From Malacoraja senta (lineage: Eukaryota): a stretch of DNA of 64,000 nucleotides. Shown here in pieces: positions 1-10,131 of this stretch. The notes under the pieces were generated by a model, which saw nothing but the letters and a program-made list of their open reading frames with translations, ran no database searches and was not told the DNA's origin. Each line of letters opens with the position of its first letter. Position 1 is the first letter of the stretch. Position numbers and translations under genes: made by a program. The stretch spans positions 19,158,001 to 19,222,000 of the forward strand of contig CM075981.1 of assembly GCA_038087875.1 (NCBI GenBank), written 5' to 3'.

Positions 1-284
1 TCTGTGATCCAGTGTGGGCGAGCACGCAGGCCGTTGACCGATGTGTCGGCATTTGTTGTACTTCCCCATCAAGCCCCGTGGTAGTTAAACCCACACCCCT
101 GGCAATGTGGCCGGAGTTGCCTATCGGAAGGGGCATCAGTGACCCAGAGTGGCGCGGCAGGGTTTGGAAACCCGCACTGTGATGTTTTTTTAAATCCAGA
201 GATTGGACTTTTAGACTTTAGGGATCCAGCGGGTAAACAGGCCCACCACATCCGCGCCCACATTTTTTAAAACAATTTTACCGA

Positions 285-443
285 GGCCAATTAACCTCCA
301 AACCTACAAGTATTGGAATGTGAGAGGAAACCGGAGCTCCCGGAGAAAACCCATGCGGTCATAGGGAGAACATACAAACATCACCCATAGTCAGGATAGA
401 ACCTGGGTCTCCGGCACTGAAAGACTCTAGCGCTGTGTCGCCC
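285..443 (-). mobile_element. tRNA-derived V-SINE-type SINE, partial
   Basis: Reverse complement of the gggcgac...cagcgc...gagacccaggttc...V-domain (ggttttctccgggagctccggtttcctc) sequence that recurs through the window. Confidence 0.75.
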
Positions 444-465
444 ATGTTATTCATTAACGAGTTAA

Positions 466-900
466 GGGCCTGTCCCACATGGGCATCATTTGCGCGACAT
501 ACTAAAAATTGGATGGCGCATGGTGACACGCGCATGGCGCGTGGTGAGGCGTGGTGGCGTATGCAGTGATGCGCGGTAACCCGCGGCGCCCCATTATTTT
601 GCAATGCTCAAAATCCTCACGCGCCACCTGCGTGACGTATCCCTTGTACATGTTGACGTACTGATGGCGTACGCTGACGTACTGACGGCGTACGTGTAGC
701 GAGTGGTGACGCATTATTACGCACAGTGATGCACAAACTGCCTATGCTCATTTATTATGCGTCACCGTGCGTCAATGTCCGTAACCATGCGCCGCCCGTA
801 CGCCGCCCGTACGCCGTCGGCGAGCCTTTTGCGCGTCATTTGAGCGCCGCACCACGAGACCACCCGGGTATAAAGCGAGCGTAGTTTTGAAAAATTTTCA
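466..900. mobile_element. CpG-rich non-autonomous DNA transposon (PIF/Harbinger-like MITE), one terminus visible
   Basis: Starts TAA|GGGCCTGTCCCAC, CpG-rich with short internal repeats (cgcccgtac x2). The matching right TIR was not found. Confidence 0.45.
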
Positions 901-1127
901 CTGGGAAAATCCTTGCCACGGTGATCGGACTAAGTACGAACGACATCACAAATGGGCTCCCAAAAGCAGCAGGGCCCTCAAGAGCACTTGGCGCGCAACT
1001 GTCGTACTGCTAGACAATTTTCGTGCGACAGTCACCACCAGCCTGTCGCGTAAATGACTCGCAATTGACGCCCAGTCCCTGTCTGTCCCAGCCTCTCGAT
1101 GCTGCCCTAACCCAAGAAGACCCCCAC

Positions 1128-1240
1128 TTAACTGGTCAGTCCACAGCAGAGGTAGGCGGTGCATCCCAAGGCAATGAACCACACGCACTGGAAGGCGATT
1201 GTCACGGCCATCCTAACTCGGGAGGACATGCACGAAGAGC
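1128..1240 (-). CDS. Gene A terminal coding exon: hydrophobic GPI-signal-like or tail-less TM segment (GSSCMSSRVRMAVTIAFQCVWFIALGCTAYLCCGLTS*)
   Basis: Strong acceptor ccctgtttctttctgttcacag| at 1241; phase 1 matches the C2 exon; about 26 largely hydrophobic residues, then TAA at 1130-1128. Confidence 0.72.
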
Positions 1241-1399
1241 CTGTGAACAGAAAGAAACAGGGAACTCACCGGCGTTCGTGCACAGAGTTGAGGATCGCTG
1301 TGCATCATGTGCGTAATTGTCATTACTCATGACAATCCGTGTTAATTTACGTGTGAGACAGAAAGAACGTCCTGTCTGGTTTTGAGGACGTGACCATCC

Positions 1400-3250
1400 A
1401 TGTGTGTTTGACCATTTGTGTGTCACGCTGTATGGTGTGTATGCAAGATCAGCCATGAATGAATGGTGTAGACTTGATGGGCCGAATGGCCTAATTCTGC
1501 TCCTCTAACTTCTGAACATGATACTGCTCTTTAACTGTTCACACCTGTCTATCATTGCATGTCTGAAACACTCAAGGTGTGTTGGTGCACGCGATTGTGT
1601 ATTCTGGCTGTTCATCTGTGACTGTCCAAGTGTGTATCTGTGTGCATACTGTTTGTGACTGTGTGTGCATTCATATGTGTCTATGATTGTCAGAGTGCGC
1701 ATTTGAACAACATGTATGTGTGTGTGAGTGACTGCCACAATGTCTGTGCATTTATGTTTTTGTGCATGTATGTACACAAAAGTAGCTGTATGTATATAAT
1801 TTTGAGCATATGTGTGTGTGTGTGTAAAATGATGTGGGTATGTTTGCAATTATTGGTGTTATGTTTGTGTGATTATGTTTGCTGTCAGTGTACTTATGTG
1901 TAAGTGATTGCCTTTTTTCACTGTCATCTGTGTGCACGACTAACTGATTGCATATTTACAGTGTCACTGTGTTTGATTGTATATGTATTTATGTTTTTTT
2001 CCTGTACTTTTTAATCTGTACGCTCTCATGGTATATGCAAGATGCTGGTGTGCGTAACAGCCTGTGACTTTCTGACTGTGTGACTGAGACTTTTTCCAAT
2101 GTTTTGGTGGCACTGTGTGGTCGAAAGAGAATGAAGGGCAGAAAGTATGCAAGTCAGTGACTGTATCTGTATGTGATTCTTTATATATATAACTGTATAC
2201 AAAGCATGTGCATGTGCATGCATGATTCTCAGTATTTGACTGTATGTGTATAACTATCTGTCTGTGTGTCTTACTCTGTGCTGTGACTATATAACTGTGA
2301 TTGTGAGTGAGACTTATGGTCGTGATTAGGTGTGCACAACCTTCTGTTTGTATGGGCCTCCTGAACATGTGCATGTCTGTATGTTTGACTGTTCATATGT
2401 ATATCTGCGACTAGATGTGTGAGATGTGTAATGGTCTGTGTGTGCTTAACTATGTATGAATGCAGTTAGTCATAGTCACACCACGTGGAAACAGGCCCTT
2501 CGGCTCTCATCTAAACTATTCCCACCTGCCTGTTTTTGGCATATCCCTACAAATCTACCCTATCCATGTACCTGTCTAAATGTTTGTTAAATGTTATGTA
2601 TAACTAAGCCTGGTGCGGTGCATACATTTCACTTTGTGTGTCAGAGAGAGATTCTGATGGTAGTATCTGTGTGTGATGGTGAGAATGTGATTTTTGGTGC
2701 AGCTGGCTGTGTCTGATTGTTCATCCGTGTGTCTGTGACTGTGTATGCAATTCTATGATTGTGCAGATAACTGTGTGTGTATGTGTTCATGAGATTGTAT
2801 TGATTTGTGTGTGTGAGGCGTTGTACCTCTTTGTATCTGTGTGTGTGTGTGTGGCTGTGTATCTGATTTCTATGCCTGTGTGTGTGTGGGAGAGAGACAG
2901 AAACTATGTATATGTATGCATGTCTATGTATGACAGACCATGTTTCTGTATGTGAGAGGCTGTGCATCCAACTTTGCAGATAACTTTACTGTGCAGTGTT
3001 ACAGGTATGTGTGACTGCTTATGTTTAACCGTGAGACGGTTTGTGCCAATGGTGTGTGATTTTCTCTGCACAGGACTGCTTTTGTGTGAGACTATGTGAA
3101 TATGTAAGTGCATAATTCTCGTGTCCCTATCTGCAACTAATTATGGGAGGTAGGTGCCTGTGTGCAACTGTACGTCGGTAATGGTGAACTTGTGACATGT
3201 TTGAGATTGTATTTGTGTAAATACATGAGTGTGTAAGTTTCAGTGGGAGC
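1400..3250. repeat. Long degenerate (TG)n-rich simple repeat in gene A intron 2
   Basis: About 1.8 kb dominated by tgtg/tgtatg/tgactg units; it produces the His/Thr- and Cys/Val-rich ORF artefacts. Confidence 0.9.
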
Positions 3251-3460
3251 AAGACTAGTTGGGTGAGATTCCTGCAGATATGTACACGACTATCTAGTGG
3301 ATGACCGTGTGATTGAGTGAGTGGTTCAATGCATATGCACGTATGTCCCTTTCCACTTCGACGACTGTGTGAGATTTGTGTCGGAACAGGAGATTACTGG
3401 GGTGCCGGGGGGAAGGGGAGACATAAAAAAAAGTCCCACCAGCTTTTTGCGTAAACTCGC

Positions 3461-3742
3461 CAATGAAGCTACAGGCTGGGGCCACGTCAACGGATAGGTC
3501 CTCTCGGGCTGCCTCCGAAAAGCATTTGTACACGGTGCTGTCGCTGTTGGGGTCAGGTGTGACAGTCAGCTGCCCGCCTCCGAACTCCATAAGGTGCCTG
3601 CTGTCGTCAGATATGTTGGTGCTACCTCGGCACCAGTGGAATTTCGACGCTTGCATCTGGAGAGAGCATGTCAACGCCAACTGACAGGGACTGCCCGAGG
3701 CGGAGAGTTTCTGAACCGTGTAGGCAATCTTTCCCGCGGAAC
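3461..3742 (-). CDS. Gene A exon 2: SLAM/CD2-type IgC2 domain (GSAGKIAYTVQKLSASGSPCQLALTCSLQMQASKFHWCRGSTNISDDSRHLMEFGGGQLTVTPDPNSDSTVYKCFSEAAREDLSVDVAPACSFI)
   Basis: Acceptor ctctctcctccccag|; open 282-nt phase 1-1 exon, the same length as gene B's C2 exon. Pattern C-x-L-x-L-T-C...W...Y-x-C...C includes the extra Cys pair typical of CD2/SLAM C2 domains; N-I-S sequon. Donor is TTG|GCGAGT (GC type); an in-frame GTGGGA lies 21 nt downstream. Confidence 0.85.
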
Positions 3743-4224
3743 CTGGGGAGGAGAGAGTGAGGTTAGAGCCCAGTCTGATATCTGATACACGGGGTCATCA
3801 ACACAAGGCCACACGACTTGACTGAACCGGGCCGTGACCTGCATCACGGGGGCAGCGAGTGCACGATCAGTTTAAAGGGCAGAACACCCTCCTGCTCCGA
3901 GGCAAAAGGCAGGAAACGTCCTGTAAATATTCCCTGCATACAGCATGGGGCAGTTCAGCGTGCGTCAGTGGGAGCATCCGTGTGCTGTGAGAGGGGGGTT
4001 CAGTTGGTGGGGAGGGTCGGCGACGGGGGAAGAGTTTCTGTGGGAGAGGGATTCGGTGTGTGGGGAGATTCGGTGATGGAGGGAAATGTCGATGGGCTCA
4101 GAGAGATTCAATGGGCGGAGAGAGTCTGTGATGGGAGAGAGTGTCTGCAGGCCGTGTGAGTGGTTTCAGCGGGCAGAGATGGAGTATCCGTGGGCTGTGG
4201 GAAATTCAGTTGATGGGAAAATTC

Positions 4225-4551
4225 ATGGACTGGTGATGACCACGAATCGCAGACTTCAAGCAGTCATTGCATGTAAAGGATATGCAGCAACATACTAAAC
4301 ACGACTACTTTCATTTACATGACATTGCTGTGTCCCAAACATTATGGTGCCCTGAAATGGGGACTATGTATAAACACAGCTGTAATTTCTACATGGTGAA
4401 TCCAAAATCTGTAAAAATGGCCTTTATTAAAATCTGACAATATGCACTTTAACCTCATGTGATTTTTTTCTATTACAAATCTCAAATTGTGGAGTACAGA
4501 GGCAAATAAATAAATGATAGGTCTTTGTCCCAAACATTATGGAGGGCACTG
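4225..4551 (-). mobile_element. Tc1/mariner terminal fragment (IR/DR-type TIR)
   Basis: Ends in gtcccaaacattatggagggcactg|TA, i.e. TA|CAGTG start on the minus strand. An inner direct repeat gtcccaaacattatgg lies at about 4332. Confidence 0.7.
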
Positions 4552-5029
4552 TAACCAAAAAGGAAGAAACTAAGAATGAACACAAGCGGATAGAAGCAGG
4601 AGGCGGCCACTCAAATAATCACACCAACATTACCCGTAATTCTACAAATGGAATGTTTACTGTATGCAGTAATTAATAAATACCATAAAATATATTGTCA
4701 CTATTATCAACAGCTCAGCAGCTTGAAAAATGCTTTATAAGATGTACGGGAGAATTAGTGTAACGTTGGATAAAGTTTACATATTTGGATATTGATGGAA
4801 TCACAAGATGTGGGGTTAGAGCCGGACAATGGCATTGAGGTAGGTCACCATTCCCCCCTCCCATTGCCCCTTCTTTACTGCCCCCCATCCCTCTGGCTGC
4901 CACCACCCTTCTTTCTGTGTCCTGCCAGCTGACTTCACCCTCTCTCTCTTTTTCCTTTTTCTCAGTCTTGTCACTTTCTGTCCTCCCACATTTCCCCTCT
5001 CTCCCTACTCCTCATCCTGCTTTTGCTGA

Positions 5030-5065
<36 letters not shown>

Positions 5066-5820
5066 CCTGTGGGTGTCAGAGGTCCACCTCACAGTTCACT
5101 GCACCTGCTACACACCCATTTAAAGCTTATTCTTTACAATGGAGACTCTAAGAAAGGAGAGAGATATGGTCCCTCACAGCCTTATTGGGCTGACCACCCC
5201 TTGACCCACTTCAATATCACCTCACCAGGTGCTAACCAATCCAACTCCTTCTTATCTGGCACCAATGTTCGCTTACGACCCCCCCCCCCCCCCGCATCCT
5301 CACTTCCTCAAACAGTTAGTATAGAAATGACATAAGTCTGAAGCAGCAGTGGTGGAGGAATGGGGTGAGAAAGCTGGTTGAGGTGCAGTGAGAGCCCTTG
5401 GGAGAATGTTGTGGCTGAAAAGGGGGAAAGGACCTTCGCCTGGACTGTACTGGGAATGAGGTTGACCCACAGCACTGATCACAGTGTATAAAGTTTACCC
5501 TCTGTGTCTCGGGGGATGCCAAGACAATGGGCAATATAGGGGAACAGGAATTCAAGAGCAACAGCAGATGCTCCGTTTGGCTCTCCCTCCCCATTACTAC
5601 ACCCCTCTGAACCATCCTCAGGAGCACCAGTCCCTCAGTCTATTATTCATTCCCCAGTGTTCTTTCCCACTCCCTTTTGCTATCACTCCCTCACTATTCC
5701 CTGTCTCATCCTGCTGGTTGTCCTCGCTCCCTGTCCCTCGCCCCTCTTGCCCATACGCTCACTTCTCCCTCCCTCTCTCACTCGCGCTTCCTCTGCCTTC
5801 CATTTCTCCACCCGACTCAC

Positions 5821-5878
5821 CAGTCCACATGGAGAAGAAGATGATGACTCCCAGTACAGCCTTGGGCAGGGTATCCAT
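5821..5878 (-). CDS. Gene A exon 1: signal peptide (MDTLPKAVLGVIIFFSMWT-G) of a CD2/SLAM-like IgSF protein
   Basis: ATG at 5878 on the minus strand, 19 codons plus 1 nt, hydrophobic core AVLGVIIFF, then a perfect phase-1 donor G|GTGAGT at 5820. Splices in frame to the Ig exon at 3742. Confidence 0.8.
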
Positions 5879-6002
5879 TGTTTAACAGCTACTGCGAAGA
5901 GGTCTGAGTGGCAAAGGCAGCTGGTGGCAAATATTCTGTGTGATCCCTGTGAGACAAGGTCATAGACTGGCTGCAGATAGAGAGGGAGAGGCTCAGAATG
6001 GT

Positions 6003-6060
6003 CAACTGACCACAAGACAGCACTTCCTGACCCATGAGAGAGCAGAATCAGCCACAGGAA
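6003..6060 (-). promoter_or_regulatory. Candidate haematopoietic promoter module of gene A (MYB/E-box, RUNX, ETS)
   Basis: CAACTG at 6003-6008 abuts ACCACA (RUNX TGTGGT on the minus strand) at 6009-6014, followed by CACTTCCT (ETS AGGAAGTG) at 6021-6028 and a second GCCACA-GGAA at 6051-6060. All lie 125-180 bp upstream of the ATG. Motif match only. Confidence 0.45.
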
Positions 6061-6099
6061 CCAGCCCAGATCAGCCCCGAGATCTGGCTATAGAGAGGG

Positions 6100-7150
6100 A
6101 GGGTGTGTAGACAGAGAGAGAGAGACTGTGAGAAGAGGGGGCAAAGAGAGAGAAAAGGCAGAGGGGGGGGGGGAGAGAAGAGGGAAGTGAGCATAGAGAA
6201 GGAGAGGGGGCAGAGAGGAAATGGGTCACAGAGGGTGGGAGAGTAAAGGAGAATGGGAAGGGAAACAAAAGGAAAGGGATCAGAGAAAGAAAGGAACGGG
6301 GCAGATAAAGAGGTGGCGGACAGTGATATTGAAGTGGGGGCAAAGAGAGGGTGAGGGAGAGATAGGTAAATGTGGGGCACAGAGAAAGAGAAGGGTGAGG
6401 AAGAGAAAATGTGTAGGGACAGAGGGGAGGGGCAGAGAGCAAGGGGGGAGTGAGGGATGTGCCAAAGAAAAAGAGTAGAGGGGTCAGAGAATGTGGCGAG
6501 AGGGTGGAAAGGCAGGAGTAAGGGCAGTGAGAGAGACAGGTACGAAGGAGATGGACAGAGATAGAGAGAAAGTGAAGGAGGCAGTGAGGGACAGAGGAGA
6601 GGGACAGAGAAAGGGGAAAGGAGGAGATAGAGCCACACTGGGGGCGATGGAAAGAGGGACATAGAGGGGATTGGGGAGAAAGAAGGAAGCCAACAAAGAG
6701 GCAAAGAGATAAAAAGCAGTGGGAGAGGAACAGAAAGATTGGAAAACAGGCAGATAGAGTGAGAGAAAGACAGACTTAGGGGGGAGGGTGATAAAGAAGG
6801 GAAAGTAAAGACAAACGGTCAGAGCGAGAGTGATGGGGGAGAAATGTACAGGGAGCAGCAGTAAGGGAAAGAGGAAAGGAAAGGGGAGCAGAGAGAGGGG
6901 GCAAGAAAGGAAAAGGGGCAAATTGATTGAGGGAAGTGGGACAGAGAGAGAGAGGAAGCAATGAGTAAAACGGGACAGAGAGCGTGAAGGTGTATTAAGA
7001 TGATGTGGGCTAGAGGTTGAGAAGGAGACAGTGAGTGTGGTGATGGAAAGAGGGAGACAGGAAACAAAAGCAAACAGACAACAAAAGAGGGAAAGAGAAA
7101 CATGCAGATAACAAGAGACAGGGAAAGCAAAGGAAGAATGTTGATAAACA
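6100..7150 (+). repeat. ~1 kb polypurine (GA-rich) low-complexity tract
   Basis: The plus strand is almost entirely A/G; it produces the Leu/Ser/Pro ORF artefacts on the minus strand. Confidence 0.9.
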
Positions 7151-7157
7151 CCTAAGA

Positions 7158-7480
7158 CCACCGTGGCATAGCTGGTAGAGCTGATGCCTCGCAGTGCCAG
7201 AGATCTGGATTCGATCCTGACCTTGTGTGCTGTCTGTGTTGAATTTGCACCTTCTCCCGGTGACCGAATGGGTTCCTTTAGGGTGCTCCTGTTTCCTCCC
7301 ACATCCCAAAGACTTAGAGGGTTTAGGTTAATTGGTCTCTGTAAATTGCCCCCAGTGTATAGGAGTGGATGAGAAAGTGGGATAACATTGAACAAATGTG
7401 AACTATTGATCGATGGTCGGCCATGTACTCAGTGGGCCGAAGGGCCTGTTTCCATGTTGTGTCTCTAAATGAAAATAAAC
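7158..7480 (+). mobile_element. V-SINE-type SINE
   Basis: tRNA-like head (gtggcatagctggtagagctg...ggattcgatcc), central V domain, CR1-like 3' end gggccgaagggcctgtttcc. Confidence 0.8.
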
Positions 7481-8489
7481 AAAATGTTGTGCTTTTCATC
7501 AAGAAGGGCTGCAGAGTAAAACCCAGGAGTGCTCAGGTTTTATCCCAGATCCCAGAGAGGTACGGGTCTGTAGGTTATCTGGAACCTGAGGGGCAACTGC
7601 CAGAGGAAATGGTTGAGGCAGGAATTATAATATTTTGAAAAACATGGATAGAAAAGATTAAGAGGAATATGGGATATGGATCAAATGCTGGAAAATGGGA
7701 CTAGCTTAGATGAGCACTTGGCCAGCATGGAAGAGTTGGGCCAAAGGGCTTGTTTGCATGCTCTACGACTATCTATCTCTGACACCATGAGTGGGAACTG
7801 GCATATACTATCTATCTCTACCAATCTAACCTACATCCCAGGATTTGAGGAAATTGGTTGTGAGAGAGGGGATGCATGGGATGTCATTCACCAAGGTTTT
7901 CTGGGTGCTGGAAATGATTATGTGAATTGGAGAAAAGAAGGTGTTCATTTATTTAAGAAAGGAGGAAGAGAACATCCAGTAAACCACTAGCCAGTTAACT
8001 TGACATCAGTAGGAAGGAAATTGCTGAATTCTATTATTAACAAAGTTGTCACAGCACCCTTGGAAAATAATAAAATAATTAAGAAGTAGAAACAAAGAAC
8101 TGCAGACAATGACACAATGCTGAAGTAACTCAACTAGTCAGGCAGCATTTCTGGAGAAACATGGATAGGAGACATTTCGGGTGGACACCCTTCTACAGAT
8201 TCTTGACATTTCAAGTCGGCTTGGTGGCGCAGTGGTATTTGCTGCCTACAGCCCCAGAGATCCGAGTTAGAGATACAGCGAATTCAGCGCTGTATCTCTA
8301 AATTAAACTAAACTAAAAGTTGAGACCCTTCTTCAAACTCAATTATTAATTAGTGTTGATATTGATTTATTTATAAAGATACTGAAGGGGCCTTTCAGCC
8401 CACTGTGTAATTTCATATCTCCCCCTGGCCTTGTGACAATGCCATGAGCTCCAACACCCACCACCGATTCCTACTCGCCTACACACCTG

Positions 8490-8690
8490 GGGCAATTTAC
8501 AGCGGGCAATTTATTCTCCCCTCTGCACACCTTTGGAATGTAGGAGGAAAATGGAGCACTCCAGGGAAACCCATGCGGTCACGAGGAGACCATGCAAACT
8601 TCACACAGACAGCTTCTGAGGTTGGGATTGAACCTAGGTTTCTGGAGACGTGAGGCCAGTAGCTTTTCTCACCGCTCCACTGGGTCCAGA
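8490..8690 (-). mobile_element. V-SINE-type SINE, partial
   Basis: Reverse complement of the SINE head and V domain (ggaggaaaatggagcactccagggaaacccatgcggtcac). Confidence 0.7.
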
Positions 8691-8904
8691 GAAGTGACAT
8701 GCGTGAAAAATCTTTGGGTTTGTAAACAACATAGATAAAGACAAATTATTTGTGTACTTTCTCAGAGCCGTTTGATAAGGAGCATGCAGCGTGTTGTAAT
8801 TGATTAACAGCAGTAGGAATAAAAGTGTCATTTTTGAGTTATGAGGCTTTGAATAGAGAGATTGGTGCTGTGGCCCAATTATTTACTGTTGACATCAGCA
8901 ATCT

Positions 8905-9860
8905 GCAAGGGTGGCACATCTCCAAGTTTGCGGTTGACACTGAGCTGGGGGGCAGTGTTAGCTGTGAGGAGGATGCTAGGAGACTGCAAGGTGACTTGGA
9001 TAGGCTGGGTGAGTGGGCAAATGTTTGGCAGATGCAGTATAATGTGGATAAATGTGAGGTTATCCACTTTGGTGGCAAAAACGGGAAGGCAGACTATTAT
9101 CTAAATGGTGGCCGATTAGGAAATGGGGAGATGCAGCGAGACCTGGATGTCATGGTACACCAGTCATTGAAAGTAGGCATGCAGGTGCAGCAGGCAGTGA
9201 AGAAAGCGAATGGTATGTTGGCCTTCATAGCAAGAGGATTTGAGTATAGGAGCAGGGAGGTTCTACTGCAGTTGTACAGGGTCTTGGTGAGACCACACCT
9301 GGAGTATTGCGTACAGTTTTGGTCTCCAAATCTGAGGAAGGACATTATAGCCATAGAGGGAGTGCAGAGAAGGTTCACCAGACTGATTCCTGGGATGTCA
9401 GGACTTTCATATGAAGAAAGACTGGATAGACTTGGCTTATACTCGCTAGAATTTAGGAGATTGAGAGGGGATCTTATAGAAACGTACAAAATTCTTATGG
9501 GGTTGGACAGGCTAGATGCAGGAAGATTGTTCCCGATGTTGGGGAAGTCCAGGACAAGGGGTCACAGCTTAAGGATAAGGGAGAAACCCTTTAAGACCGA
9601 GATGAGGAAAAACCTTTTCACACAGAGAGTGGTGAATCTCTGGAACTCTCTGACACAGAGGGCAGTTGAGGCCGGTTCATTGGCTATATTTAAGAGGTAG
9701 TTAGATGTGGCCCTTGTGGCTAAAGGGATCAGGGGTTATGGAGAGAAGGCAGGTACGGGATACTGAGTTGGATGATCAGCCATGATCATATTGAATGGCG
9801 GTGCAGGCTCGAAGGGCCGAATGACCTACTCCTGCACCTATTTTCTATGTATCTATGTAT
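8905..9860 (+). mobile_element. CR1 LINE, 5'-truncated (RT C-terminus plus 3' UTR)
   Basis: ISKFAVDT...KCEVIHFG...RPHLEYCVQFWSP...RTRGHSL; 3' end gaagggccgaatgacctactcctgcacc with a (tctatgt)n tail. Confidence 0.93.
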
Positions 9861-9864
9861 GTAA

Positions 9865-10131
9865 AGTTGCTGCCTTACAGTGCCAGAGACCCGGGTTCAA
9901 TCCTCACTACGAGTGCTTGTCTGTACGGAGTTTAATATGTAACCTGCATCCTCCCACAATCCAGTTTCCTCCCACACGCCAGGTCTATAGGCTAATTGGC
10001 TTGTATAATTGTAAAGTGTCCCCAATGTGTAGGATAGTGTTAGTGTGCGGGGATTGCAGGTCGGCGCGGACTCGGTGGGCCGAAGGACCTGTTTCCACGC
10101 TGTATCTCTAAACTAAACTAAACTAAACTAA
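9865..10131 (+). mobile_element. V-SINE-type SINE with (CTAAA)n tail
   Basis: SINE body followed by ctaaactaaactaaactaaactaa. Confidence 0.8.

Noticed and set aside
946-1188. Minus-strand ORF ending ...LVVTV...LLRALLLLGAHL*, superficially like the CD48 C-terminus
   Set aside because: It is out of frame with the phase-1 acceptor at 1241; the in-phase frame gives a cleaner hydrophobic terminus.
1270-1297. 28-nt cryptic minus-strand exon (cag|CGATCC...GCCG|gtgagt) just upstream of gene A's last exon
   Set aside because: It would leave a 29-nt intron, too short to splice, and it shifts the frame; the GTGAGT is probably incidental.
7158-7230. tRNA-like sequences at SINE heads
   Set aside because: They continue directly into the SINE V domain and tail, and no full cloverleaf is evident; these are not tRNA genes.
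6048-7395. Long Leu/Ser/Pro/Phe-rich ORFs (218 and 303 aa) that look membrane-like
   Set aside because: Translation artefacts of the polypyrimidine strand.
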